DNA from: Octopus vulgaris | Taxonomy: Eukaryota | DNA: 64,000 nucleotides | Direction of reading: 5' to 3' | NCBI GenBank assembly: GCA_951406725.2 | Contig: OX597829.1 | Coordinates: forward strand, 9,424,001-9,488,000 | Part shown: piece after piece, positions 40,393 through 52,849 of the stretch | Layout of the letters: the number at the start of each line of letters is the position of its first letter | How positions within the stretch are numbered: the first letter of the stretch is position 1 | Made by a program: the position numbers and the translations under genes | Notes under the pieces: generated by a model | Told to the model about the DNA's origin: nothing | Database searches by the model: none | What the model saw: only the letters and a program-made list of their open reading frames with translations

Positions 40393-40594
40393 GAACATGT
40401 ATAACCAGCCATATACGTGCACACATGCGTACATAGTAATGTCAAAATTATAAACCGATTCAAATGACACCCCCTACCCCTCCCTTAACTCCGGTATATA
40501 CATAAATGCGTATATGCAAAAACGGTACATGCCTTTTAGTCTGTATAAATACATATGTGTCTGAAAGAGCGTGCATATATAAGTACACACACAC

Positions 40595-40630
<36 letters not shown>

Positions 40631-40771
40631 TATAAATATATATATATACACGCACACACACACATATGTACATATTTAAAGTATAAATACGCATTTATAT
40701 GTGTATATCTGTTTATATATATATATATATATGCACATATGTATTTATGTGTTTACGTGTGTGCGTGTGTG

Positions 40772-40835
<64 letters not shown>

Positions 40836-41081
40836 GCACATAAAATCCATATGCACACACACACACACACATAGACTATCGCTCACACACACACGTAGAC
40901 ACCCACACACGCGCACACACACACACACACACACACATACTCATAGTACCTTCGACCTAAATTCCAAGAGAAAGTATGAATTTCATTCTGATGTATGGAA
41001 AATCTCAAGTACTCGGTGGTTGTGCATGTACATATGTGGCATCTGTATATACGCTTATTGCTAAGCGAATTTGAATGCACT

Positions 41082-41123
<42 letters not shown>

Positions 41124-41399
41124 ATAATAAAAATATTTGAGAGCATTATACACATATATAAATAATTACGCTTCTGTTTGATTTTTATGCATATAACACA
41201 TACACATGCTTTTATCTTTTTATTCTTTTATACGTTTAATCCCAAAGTATGTGGCCATGCTGGAGCAGTAATGTTGGCATCGCCTTTTCAGTGGACATTC
41301 TTATGCGACTGGCTTTTGATGGAGGAGGGATTTCGTCACAACTGCCCACTTTTCACCTGCTTTTCGTGATAGAGGTTCATCTGGTACAAAGTAGATATA

Positions 41400-41467
41400 T
41401 ACATTCATACATACATGCATGCATACATGCATACATACATACATAAATACATACATACATACATACA

Positions 41468-41501
<34 letters not shown>

Positions 41502-42612
41502 CATGCATTGCATATATACATACATACATACATACATACATGCATTGCATATATACATACATACATACGTATATACATACATATATACATGCATTGCATA
41601 TGTACATACACACATACATACATACACACATGCACACATACATGCAAGCATACATACATACATACATACATACATACATACATAAATACATACATACACA
41701 CATACGCGCATCCAGCATGCATACATACATGCATACTTACATAGATGCATACTTACATACTTACATACTTACATACTTACATACATACATACATACATAC
41801 AAACATACATACATACATACACACATACACGCATACATGCATGCTTACATACATGCATACTTACATACATACATACATACCTACACACATACATACATAC
41901 ATACATACACACACACATACATACATACATACATACACACATACACGCATACATACATACATGCATACTTACATACATACATACATACATACAAACATAC
42001 ATACATACATACATACAAACATACATACATACATACATACTTAAATACATACATACATACACACATACACACACACATGCATGCATACATACATACATAC
42101 AAACTTACATACATACATACATACTTACATACATACATACATACCTACACACATACATACATACATAAATGCATACATACATATACATACTTACATACAT
42201 ACATGCATAATACATACATACATAAATGCATACATACATACATACATACATACATACATACAAACATACATACATACATACATACATACATACATACATA
42301 CATACATACATACATACATGCATATATAAATACATACATACACACATGCACGCATACATGCATGCATACATACCTACACACATACATACATGCATAAATG
42401 CATACATACATATACATACTTACATACATACATGCATACATGCTTACATACATACCTACACACATACACACATACATGCATGCATACTTACATACGTACA
42501 TACACACATAATACATACATACATACATACATACATACTTGCATACATACATACATACATACATGCATATATACATACATACATATATACATACAAACAT
42601 ACATACGTACAT
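41400..42612. repeat. ~1.2 kb degenerate (TACA)n array
   Basis: Directly visible; explains all HTYI/MYVC ORFs. Confidence 0.95.
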
Positions 42613-42959
42613 ACAGGGTGCAGTGAATAAGCTTTCCCCTAAATTACACAAAGTTGAAAACTTTGACTTTTTCCAAACAACTTGCACATGCAGGTGCTAC
42701 CAGTCGAAAGCCCTACATACCGGAAGGCAGCAAGTGTATGGGGTCATCAGGAGAGATTGCACGCCATTTCGGGGCCTACCTCTCGACGGCATCAATGCGC
42801 ACCGCCCCGACCACCACATCAGTGACATGAAGTCCCACTTGCTAGATCAGTTGCTTATTAGGTTTCGCTCAGTATTCTTCTAGCCATTGCTCATTGTCTC
42901 TTTTTAACCAAATCCAGTGGCTAGCCTTCTCCACTGTAGTTTGAATATCGCTCATTTTA

Positions 42960-43740
42960 ATAGATAAATTTACCAAAATTACATAAAAATATCCTGAAAT
43001 ACTAAAGAGAAACTTTATTCAATAAAAAGGCCATTCGTTTCAACCACGGCCTCCAGACGATTTCAGAAGCTCTTCTAGACAGCCTCCTTGTTTAAGTTGG
43101 TGAATGCTGCCATAATCCTTGCCTTCAGTTCATCCTTGGGGTTACAAGGACTTTTGTTGGTTTCTCACTCAACTGTGCCCCACACATTATAATCAAGGGA
43201 GTTGCAGTCTGGAGAGTTTGGTGGCCAGATGTTAGGGGTGATGTGTTCGCAGAAATTGTCTGACAGCCTGTGTGGCATGGTGTAGAGTTGCCAGACATAG
43301 GGTCTTCCAGCAGCCACCCTCTTAACCCAAGGCAGCACTACTTCCACCATGGCACTTGATGTAGGCCTCCATGTTGAGTCTGAGGCTGTGTAAAAAGACG
43401 AGTGGAAGCATAATGACGCCATCGCTAGTGATCACTTCACACACCATGATGTTGACTGGATGTTTGATTTTTATCACTCTCAGTAAATGTCCTCAGATTG
43501 CGCTGCCCTCAGACTGACACCCAAACACTCTGAAATGTTCGTATTGGAGCTTCCAGCGCGAATGCCAAGTAATGCAACATGTCGTTTCCAAATTACGTCA
43601 TGGTGCTGTTTTCTCACGAGCGGTGTCCAACTCACCCTACTGTACTGTGTAATCGACAAAATGAAAAACAAAACAATGCGCATGCGCATGCGCGAATTAA
43701 GAAATATTAGATGGCGATGATTTACCCATCGCACGCTGTG
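42960..43740 (-). mobile_element. Internally deleted Tc1/mariner-superfamily (maT/DD37D-like) transposon remnant
   Basis: KRHVALLGIRAGSSNTNISECLGVSLR (HTH) and VVLPWVKRVAAGRPYVWQ...IWPPNSPDCNSLDYNVWGTVE...DELKARIMAAFTNLNKE. The right end is cgcacgctg. Confidence 0.8.
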
Positions 43741-44304
43741 TATGTGTGTATATTTATATATATATATCTGTATATATATGTGTGTGGTGTGTGTGTGTGT
43801 GTGTATATATATATAGAAGTAACAGAGTGACTGAAGGTCCGAGAGTGCCGTGTGTTGATACTTATTAAACTAGACATAGGTCAAAGGCCTGTGAGTCTAT
43901 ATAGCTGCTGATAAATAAATATATTTCCCTATGGAATGTTCTAGAACGAATTACAATAATGTCACGTGGATAATTCGAAAAGTTTGTCTATTGTGTCGTT
44001 GAATGAGCAATTGCATAGATGAAGAAGGAAAGAAAGAAAGATGGAAAAAAAAGACAAAAGAAATCTTGTGCGTGTCACCGCACTCACATATACACACAAA
44101 CATAGACACAGGCGTCGCTGTGTGGTAAGAAGCTTGCTTCCTAACCACATGGTTCCGGGTTAATAAAAGAATAATACACATATACGCGGACACACGTATT
44201 CATGCACACATACAGTACATACATACATACATACATACATACATACATACACATATACGCACACACATATGCATATACATATATACATATATACAAAGAC
44301 ATGC

Positions 44305-44366
<62 letters not shown>

Positions 44367-44460
44367 TCAAAGTAGGCCCCACCCTTGGCGCAACCCATTG
44401 TCTATCAAGACAGACGGGGATAAAGAAGAAGAAGAAGAATATATATATATATATATATAT

Positions 44461-44996
44461 ATACATATTACAGGGAAACCACCAAGTGGACACCCTTATG
44501 CTAGAAATAGATCCCCTATGGTCTTACACTAAGAAATGTCCTCAAGAAAAATTTAGCAAAACAACCAAAACGTAATCGAGCAAGACAAAAGAAAAAGCAA
44601 TAAAAATATGGATTATTCGCATACATGTTTTACTATTAACATATTACGTAATTTTACTTACATAAATGTCTGTAGATCATCGGTGTGACCGTCCAGATGA
44701 ATATAATTTGCAGGACTGCATACTAGGACGACCGCACAAAGTCAGACTCGTAAAACAGACTTTTGTCTTGCTCGATTACGTTTTGGTTGTTTGGCTAAAT
44801 TTTTCTTGAGAACATTTCTTAGTGGTAAGACCATAGCGGATCTATTTCTAGCATAAGGGTGTCCACATATTGGTTTCCCTCTGATATGTATATAATACAA
44901 TTTTACTGAACCTTCAGTTTTTTTATATGCTAGACCACTGGTGTGAAATCGATGTTAATTAAATTAATATCTAATTTCTCACCCTTATTTTAAATT

Positions 44997-45000
<4 letters not shown>
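44461..45000. mobile_element. Inverted-repeat element (~130 bp arms), probably a Penelope-type end
   Basis: 44461-44591 is the reverse complement of 44760-44891. The right arm continues into an AT-rich tail, and the element sits in (AT)n. Confidence 0.6.
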
Positions 45001-45043
<43 letters not shown>

Positions 45044-45068
45044 TTAAACATACACATACACACAAACA

Positions 45069-45138
<70 letters not shown>

Positions 45139-45139
45139 A

Positions 45140-45875
45140 TGAATGAATTATCCTAAGATCAAGAATTCTATATACCAATGTAAAATGTCTACTTCTACGT
45201 TGGTGCATCCTCTTCCCAGTTATCTAAGAGAATTTCAAATCATTAGTCTTCATTTAGGGATAGCAGTAAATTGGTTTGGTATCTTAAAGACAACAATAAG
45301 GATTTTAAGTTAGATTGCTTCATCCTGTCCATATCTTTCCCTTATAAGGGTAAAGGATTTTGTAACATTTGCAACTCTGGATTCTTCCTTATTCTCTTCT
45401 CTTCTCTTTATGAATCACCTTGTTAACACACTTATAATGTAAGCACTGCAGAAACATGCTTTCAGCTCATATAAGTGATTTATACCAGTCTTTATAGTTT
45501 GAACATTTAGTTCACCTTGCACTTTACTTCAATAGAGATATCTACTTCTAAGCCTTTGAACATTTTTTCAACCAACGTATCCCTCTTTATTTGTTCTCTA
45601 CTTATTATTTCTTTAACCCTTCTATTTCAAGTATCTGCCTTTGACGTCGAATCTACTAACGGCTTTTTTAAATAATTAATAGCGTTCTGTTTATCATTTA
45701 TGCAGTCATCAAAATTGTTATAATGTCTTGTTGTTGAGATAGGTTCTCTGTCTTTCCTGATGAGAAGATTGCATTTTACACCGTTTATTCCTTTGGAATA
45801 AAACCAATATTGTCTTCGAAACATATGTCGAAAGTAAAAGAATTTGAATAGCATCTGCGTTCAACTCCATTTATT
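45140..45875 (+). mobile_element. Decayed 3' end of a second Penelope-like family (GIY-YIG + 3' UTR)
   Basis: KNSIYQCK...YVGASSSQLSKRISNH*SSF...LVWYLKDNNKDFKL...PYKGKGFCNICNS, with a hammerhead in the 3' UTR. Confidence 0.75.
45752..45834 (+). ncRNA. Type I hammerhead ribozyme with extended stem II (canonical core)
   Basis: CTTTC-CTGATGA-GAAGA(44-nt insert containing tttattcc-ttt-ggaataaa)TCTTC-GAAA-CATATG-TC-GAAAG, with a GUC site. Confidence 0.85.
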
Positions 45876-45960
<85 letters not shown>

Positions 45961-46189
45961 TACATATACATATATATACAGTGTATATAGTACACACAGG
46001 CCCTTACGGACGTACATATATATATACACACATGTACATACACACATACACACACACACATATACACATACTAATACTTATACATATGCATATACATGCA
46101 TTTACGGGTGTGTGTATATATAAATATATATATATATATAACGGGAAAGTTTACGAAAATAAACAAAAGGCACGCATAAGTGGATTGGT

Positions 46190-46711
46190 TATACCCTTAG
46201 CATAGGCCACAATGTTATGGTCACACTTGCGCTTGCCGAGTCTTCTCAGCACAGCATATTTCCAGAGGTCCCGGTAACTAGTCATTGCCTCGGTGAGGCC
46301 CAATGTTTGAAGGTCATGCTTCACCACCTCATCCCAGGTCTTCCTGGGTCGGCCTCTTCCGCAGGTTCCCTCAACTGCTAGTGTGTGACACTTTTTCATA
46401 CAGCTATCCACATCCATTCCCGCTACATGACCATACCAGCGCAGTCGTCTCTCTTGCACACCACGTCTGATGCTTCTTAGGTCCAACCTTTCTCTCAGGG
46501 CACTAACACTCTGTCGAGTATTCCCACTGACATTACACATCCATCGGATTATGCTGGCTTCATTCCTTGCGAGCTTACGCATGTCCTCAGCAGTCACGGC
46601 CCATGTAGCATGGCTGTTCGTACACATGCGTCGTACAGCCTACCTTTTACTCTGAGCGAGAGCCCCTTTGTCACCAGCAGAGGTAAGAGCTCTCTGAATT
46701 TAGCCCAGGCT
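46190..46711 (-). mobile_element. 5'-truncated RTE-clade LINE
   Basis: AWAKFRELLPLL...KGRLYDACVRTAMLHG...RRLRWYGHV...VEGTCGRGRPRKTW. Confidence 0.9.
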
Positions 46712-47647
46712 CGTACTCGCGATCGTTGGTAACGCCCGAAAGCTCGCGGTCTTGCGCGCGTCAACTTGGACACCACTGCGACGAGTCCTCGACAGAACCG
46801 TGGCTTCAACTCCGGGTGTCGCTGGATCGCCGTCGCAACGAGCATCGTCCTCATCCACGTCTCAGGTTGCTGTTCAGCGGCGTCGGTGCCCGCTCTTCCG
46901 CGCGTTTTCTCGGCATCACCGCCTTGGCGCGTTGTTGCGGCTGACGCCAGCGATCACCGTCATCGCACTCGCTCGTTGACCGCAGTCCGGACGCACTTCC
47001 CCTCCGATCCGTCATCGCGACCCGTTCATGTCGGCCCGGTAGGCGCGCGGCGTCCGCAGGTCGCAGACGAGCGCCCCACCGCCGTCGGCTTCACTGCCGG
47101 CTGGCATCGAGACCCACTCACTTCTCTCGACCGGGCCCATCGCTTCACGAAAGCGCAGGCACGGCTAATTGACGGAGACAGGCTAACGCACCTCGCCCTC
47201 ACTAAGCACGACGCGGCCGCCTGCGTGCTGTCACGTCGCCTCCCTAGCGACAGGGTGACGCGCAGCGGTCGCGTGACCGCTCGAAAAGCCGCCCACTGCC
47301 GCCAGTCAGCGACGAGCATCGGCAACATATCCGACACTTCTTGAAACACAGACCGAGAAGTCCCAGTCGACAGCGAGTCGTTGGAACCTTCCTCTTCGCG
47401 AACTCCGACGGCACAGCGAAAGCGAGAATGTGACATGTCGTCGCTCGCGGTGCCGGTGCCTCCGCACGCCATCGTGTCGGTGCGCGCAGCCCGGCTCCTT
47501 CTCGTATGGGGTCGTACATCGCACCGCGACGCACTGCAGGCGTTCGGCCGGCGGCGAACGGTCGACTCGGAACTGGTACGGACTGGGGGAATCCGACTGT
47601 CTAATTAAAACAGAGCATCGCGAAGCCGGCCGAGCCGCACAGACGCG

Positions 47648-47679
<32 letters not shown>

Positions 47680-47730
47680 AGTGAAGAAATTCAAGCAAGC
47701 GTGGGTGAACGGCGGGAGTAACTATGACTC
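46712..47730 (+). rRNA. Orphan 28S rDNA fragment (pseudogene): GC-rich variable segment plus conserved core up to the R2 site
   Basis: 47556-47730 is LSU core (gaactggtacggac...gaatccgactgtctaattaaaac...gtgatttctgcccagtgctctgaatgtcaaagtgaagaaattcaa...aacggcgggagtaactatgactc). The upstream GC-rich part is assigned by position only. Confidence 0.88.
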
Positions 47731-50700
47731 CCTTTCGTGGAGCCTGGTGCGTTATCACCTGTTTTTTCAGTAGGTGGATGCACCACCAGGTTTGTCTGTT
47801 ATGTTATGACTTGCCGAGACTCAGTGGGTGGATGCCCCACCGTCATGCCCTTTTTGGGGGCGTCTGGTGTGTTATGACCCGCTGTTTTTGTTCTCGGTAG
47901 GAGGATGCATTTCCAGGCATCCTTATGGACACTACCTTGGCGTGGTGAAAGAGCTTACGCCCGAGTGGGGAGCTATGACGGATAGGTTCAACCATGCCAG
48001 ATAGGTGCCCTCACATTGGACAAACTAAACGTGCCCATCTCCCCAAAGCGGTGCCAATTTATTTGGTAGGGGACCATGTAGTATATGGGTGACCCTGGTT
48101 GGGAGGTGTAGGCCTCCCTGTTAGGGTGTGTGGACGGCCGCTGTTTTGCCCTCTAATAGTCCCGAGCCGGCTAGTTAGATGCCGGTCTTGTTTAGCATTC
48201 TTTCATTGAGGTGTTGAGTCGTGTAAGTTCCCAACAGGACTATAGTAATTTAACAGTTCGATCTTTCATTATCTTACAACACATTGGGGTCCTTGGTTGT
48301 TTGGGAGGATCGTGCTTAGGTTTTTTGCTATCTTGTCTTGTATGGGGGGGGGGGGAGGGCTCTTGGCATTTCGGGTGGTTCCTTGATAGGGACTGGTGAA
48401 TTCTATTAGGCCCGGTTGGCAATACTTGGTACGTAATGACTCGTGTTGGTGGTGAGTGGAGGCCCGGTGCGTTATGACCTGCTATCTTTTGCAGCAGGTG
48501 GATGCACCACCGTGTTTGTTTGATATGCCGGGATTCAGTGGGTGGATACCCCACCGTGATTCCCTTTTTGGGCGTCTGGTGTGTTATGACCCACTGTTTT
48601 TGTTCTCGGTAGCTGGAGGCATTGCCAGACTTTGCTCTTTCAGGACTCACTACTGGCAACGGATAGATGCACTACCAGGCGAAACCTTCCGTGGCATGCA
48701 CTTTGGTGTTAGTTGGTGGGCCGGTGGGTACTCTAGATGGTTGGGGTGATGGTTGTTAGCGTATCATGGTGGGGTTGGATTCGCACTTTCTTTCAGTTCA
48801 ACTTAATCGCTTCATGGAAATTGCCGCGCGGATAAAGACACGATTGGAAATAAGTCTAAAAACATACGACAACCAGGCGCTGTTAAACTGGTGGCCTGCG
48901 GGTCAGGGACGGGGCCCGCAGGACAGGCTGGGCGTGATACCCTCCTACGCTCGGCCGCTTTGCTACCTTCTTCTGTGGTGGACAGTAGGTCATCTCCGCC
49001 GCATGGTATAGATAGTGACCCACATGGTAACGACTCTACTAGCGTCGGGCGCTAAGTACGCCCAACGTTGACGTACACATGAAATAGTCAGGGCCTTTTA
49101 CGCTAGAATACCCTAGCCATACCTTGGTAGTGAGGGGCTTTCAGCTCCTGCCGGACTTAGCACAAGACAGCCTCCATGACTGTCTTTCTTTAGAAGTGGA
49201 CCTAGAGGAGGACGTGGGGGTATCAAGCTTCACGCTGGCTGGGAGCGAATTTTCGCTGCCCATTCCCTGCGCTTCATGCTCCAAAGCCTGTCCGTTATGT
49301 TCTCAGCGCTTCTCTTCTCCCCGACGATGGGGAGAACATATAGAGGGTAGACACGGCGTGAAGCCGGTCTACAGGTGCAGTAAATGTGATAGGGAGCGCG
49401 GACACCTTCATTCTATGAGGTGTCACGTTGGAAAGTGCAATGGTACATCTGGTGAGTCTGCTTCTGGTCCTGCTCAGTCCCTCTTCGAGTGTGGCCCCTT
49501 GCAGCCGTTCTTTTTTGACGGCTACAGGTCGATCTCAGCACGAACGCCACAAACATCCTGTGGCTGCGAATGCGCGCAGGATAGTTGCTCATAAGGAGCA
49601 GCTGGCTAAGAAACGTGCGGATCGAACAGCCTCCACCTGACGAGGAAGTAGCGATCCTCGTCGAGAAGGAGGCCGAGCTATTAGCAGCCGGGGTTAGGCA
49701 TATCAATGTTGCCGTAGTACGGTTCCTACTGGGCAAAACTGCCAAACAGGTAGGAACCAAGAGGGTAGTTCTGGCCAAAAAGACTTCAGTGAGTCCTCAA
49801 AGATCGGAGCTGCCGACCGCCAACTCCCATTCACAAGTCGAGGACATATCTTTTCCTTACCCTCATTGGAGAGATCGTTTCCAAGACGCTGCATGTCCCG
49901 GGCATACCCCTTGGTTCGCCGTCTTCTCCGAGGCCCTATTGGAACTCGTAGAAGACGTGACCGCGGGTGCCTGAGATTCTTTTGATAGAAGCGTGGAGGA
50001 CTGGGTGGAACATTGTAGATTGCGTAGGGAAGATTCTACCAGAGTGGCTGATAGAAATAGAGCTAGGGCAGTTGATAGGCCTAGAGTTCGACGGCGGACA
50101 AGCTGTTAAGATATGCCCGCCACCAGGATTTGTATAAAAAAAATAGGAAGAGTCTCATTGCAGGAGAGGATGCGGAGCACGGGTGCCCGATCCCTATGCC
50201 CGCTACAGAGGCTCTCCTCTCCGGGCCCTGGGGTGGATCTCTCCGACTATCCCGCCTCCTCCCAGGTCGATAACGGTCCTATTTTGCAGCCGTTCTCAGT
50301 GGAGGAGGTGAAAATGAGTCGGAGGAAAATGAATCCTGCCTCAGCGGCGGGTCCAGATAGACTTACTGTCCGAGAGATTAAGTCCATGGTCCCCTGTATT
50401 CTCGCTAATATATGTAACTGCATGTTACTGGCCGGGAAGGTTCCCGATATCCTGAAGTGGGGTAGGTCCGTCCTCATACCTAAGAGAACGATCCTATAGA
50501 TTTAACCAATTGGCGGCCGCTGACGATATGTTCAGCGGTATATCGTCTGTTTTCGAAGATGGTCGCCAAGAGAATGCTTCAGGTAACTCCCCTAAATCCA
50601 GCCTAGCGTGGATTTATCCGGGCTGACGGCTGCAGGGAGAATTCTTTTCTCCTGCGGCAGTTAGTCAGCCGCAGTGTTAGGCAAGGAATATGCTCTCGCC

Positions 50701-50790
50701 GATCCTCTTCAAAATCGCGACTAACCCGAAGTTAGATATTTTATCGGACAGTGGGGGGTCTACGTGTTGAGGGGATCTGGGTGCGGCAGC
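47731..50790 (+). mobile_element. R2 retrotransposon, 5' half, decayed (three zinc fingers + Myb + start of RT)
   Basis: Starts at the 28S target. Contains CPLC..HIEGRH, CSKC..HVGKC, C.PC.RSF.T.TG.SQHERHKHP, the Myb-like EEVAIL...GKTAKQV, then SAAGPD, GRSVLIPK, NWRPLTI and RGFIRADGCREN. Confidence 0.92.
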
Positions 50791-50799
50791 TTATCGTGG

Positions 50800-51280
50800 T
50801 GACGAGTATGACCTTAAGAAAGAGAACCACTCTACATAAAGAGCAAATCTGTTTCCCGCAATACAGGCAAATTCCTCTCAGTGAACATATAGAAAAAATT
50901 GCAGATAACATCAAACCAAATTTCAGTCTTCCCCTTCTACCAGTGCAAAGACACAATCTCTCCACAAGAAATTTTTTTCATTAAAAAATACAAAACACGT
51001 CTTGACATGTACGCATAACCAACTTTTACTTTTTTAAATATTTCAATTCACGATTACATCACTGTACATAAATCCCCCACTAAGCGAAGTTTTCGAAATC
51101 TTTTTTGTCTGTACATATATATTCCCCTCCCCTTACCGAAAGCTGAACAGTAATCTCCCTTACCTACAACAATAACAATAACAACGATAACCAATTACCT
51201 CCCCTTATTTTTCAACTTGTGAAGTCATCCGCTCGTAAATATCATCACACACAACATAGACAAAATTTCTTCTTAAGTAA
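50800..51280 (+). mobile_element. 3' fragment of the same Penelope-like family as 22771-26520
   Basis: Aligns to ~25870-26360 (SMTLRKRTTLHKEQICFPQYRQIPLSEHIEK) and stops before the ribozyme. Confidence 0.9.
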
Positions 51281-51556
51281 TACATATTCTCCTGAATGGA
51301 TCATAACAAAAATGAATGGTTCGTGAAGTCATCCAGTATCACGTATATAAATATTTACAGATATTTTATTGGATGGCAGTTGACTGTTCAGGAATTCTTC
51401 CACCCTTTCACGGGTTTCAATTTTCATCCCGCAGGGTGTCCAACAACACCCTCCTCACCAAGCAAGCCTGGTAGAGTTGCCAGTTTAGTCGCCGACGATC
51501 CGACCATGCGACAAGTTATACTGAATTACATGTTACCAGCACCACTCAAGAACGAC

Positions 51557-52000
51557 CTGTCTGTGATTGGAAAGGTACTTGCCCGCATTTTGTTAGAAAG
51601 TTTAAATACCTTCATAGTTCCAAATATAGTGTCTGAGTCTCAGTGTGGTTTTCGTTCCTCCAGGGGCACAGCTGATTGTATCTTTACTATCAGACAATTA
51701 CATGAAAAGTGCATTGAACAGAATCTTGCTTTATACCACTGCTTTGTTGATTTGAGCAAAGCATTCGATACTGTTAATTGAAATGCTCTGAGGTTAATTC
51801 TAAGAAAATAGGTTTGCTAGAAAGATTTGTAAACATGATCAGGGTTTTAATCAAATATGAAAGCTAGAGTTAACTCTGATGGTAGGCTCTCTGAATCTTT
51901 TGCTGTTGAAAATGGAGTAAAACAAGGATACCTTGATGCACCCATCCTCTTTGCAATATACTTTGCTGTTGTGTTGTCACATGCTTTTCAAAACTCTGTG
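51557..52000 (+). mobile_element. RTE/BovB-type RT fragment
   Basis: LSVIGKVLARILL...SESQCGFRSSRGTADCIFTIRQLHEKC...FVDLSKAFDTVN...NGVKQG...APILFAIYF. Confidence 0.9.
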
Positions 52001-52281
52001 AGTGCCTTTTCAGAACATTGCCTGGTTTAAAAAGCTACATCAGATGCCATGATGGTTCTAAGATGTAGGTACAGGAGGTGGTCAAACTCGCCATAAGGAG
52101 TAGACAACCACCATGTATGTGTATGTATGTATGTATGTATGTATGTATGTATGTATGTATGTATGTATGTATGTATGTATGTATGTATGTATGTATGTAT
52201 GTGTGTATGTGTGTATGTGTGTATGTATGTATGTATGTGTGTATGTATGTATGTATATATGTATGTATGTATGTATGTTTG

Positions 52282-52325
<44 letters not shown>

Positions 52326-52350
52326 CTATCTACCTATATGTCTGTCTGTC

Positions 52351-52395
<45 letters not shown>

Positions 52396-52849
52396 TAGAA
52401 GGAATTGTTGCCAATTTTACGTTTATGCCCCAGATTCAAGTTACAATTATGACAAAGCAACTCTTATATGTTCATTGGTGTCTGCAATGATAAACTAAGT
52501 ACTAAGTAAATACAACACTAAAAGAAGTACTGACTAAGTGAGTACGATACTAAAGTTAATAATAGTTACAGAAGATATGGTATGGGAAAGTAAAACAAGC
52601 TGTGGTTAAAATTATTACAGTTGCATATAATAAATGAACGAGGAATGAAAAGCCCCTCATGTCACAAGTCAAAATGCTCGTCACTAAAAACTAAACTCCA
52701 TTATTATTTTCAAAGAAAATTGGGAATCAGATCAGAATTTTTTAAAATGTAGTAAAACATGCTTTAAGCTAGCTTTCTGTTAAAATATATTCCAACCATT
52801 TTCTACTCTAGGAAATGTGTAACTACTTTAAAAAAACCCATAGAAAATA

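Noticed and set aside
41400-42612. CRISPR-like or coding repeat array
   Set aside because: It is a degenerate tetranucleotide microsatellite with no repeat-spacer structure, in a eukaryotic context.
44920-44960. ATGCTA-GACCactGGT-gt-GAAA-TCGA-TG, a possible decayed A3-U8 hammerhead
   Set aside because: The core is one base short, H17 is G, and stem I is poor.
46726-47758. Overlapping GC-rich ORFs on both strands
   Set aside because: Stop-poor rDNA sequence, not coding.
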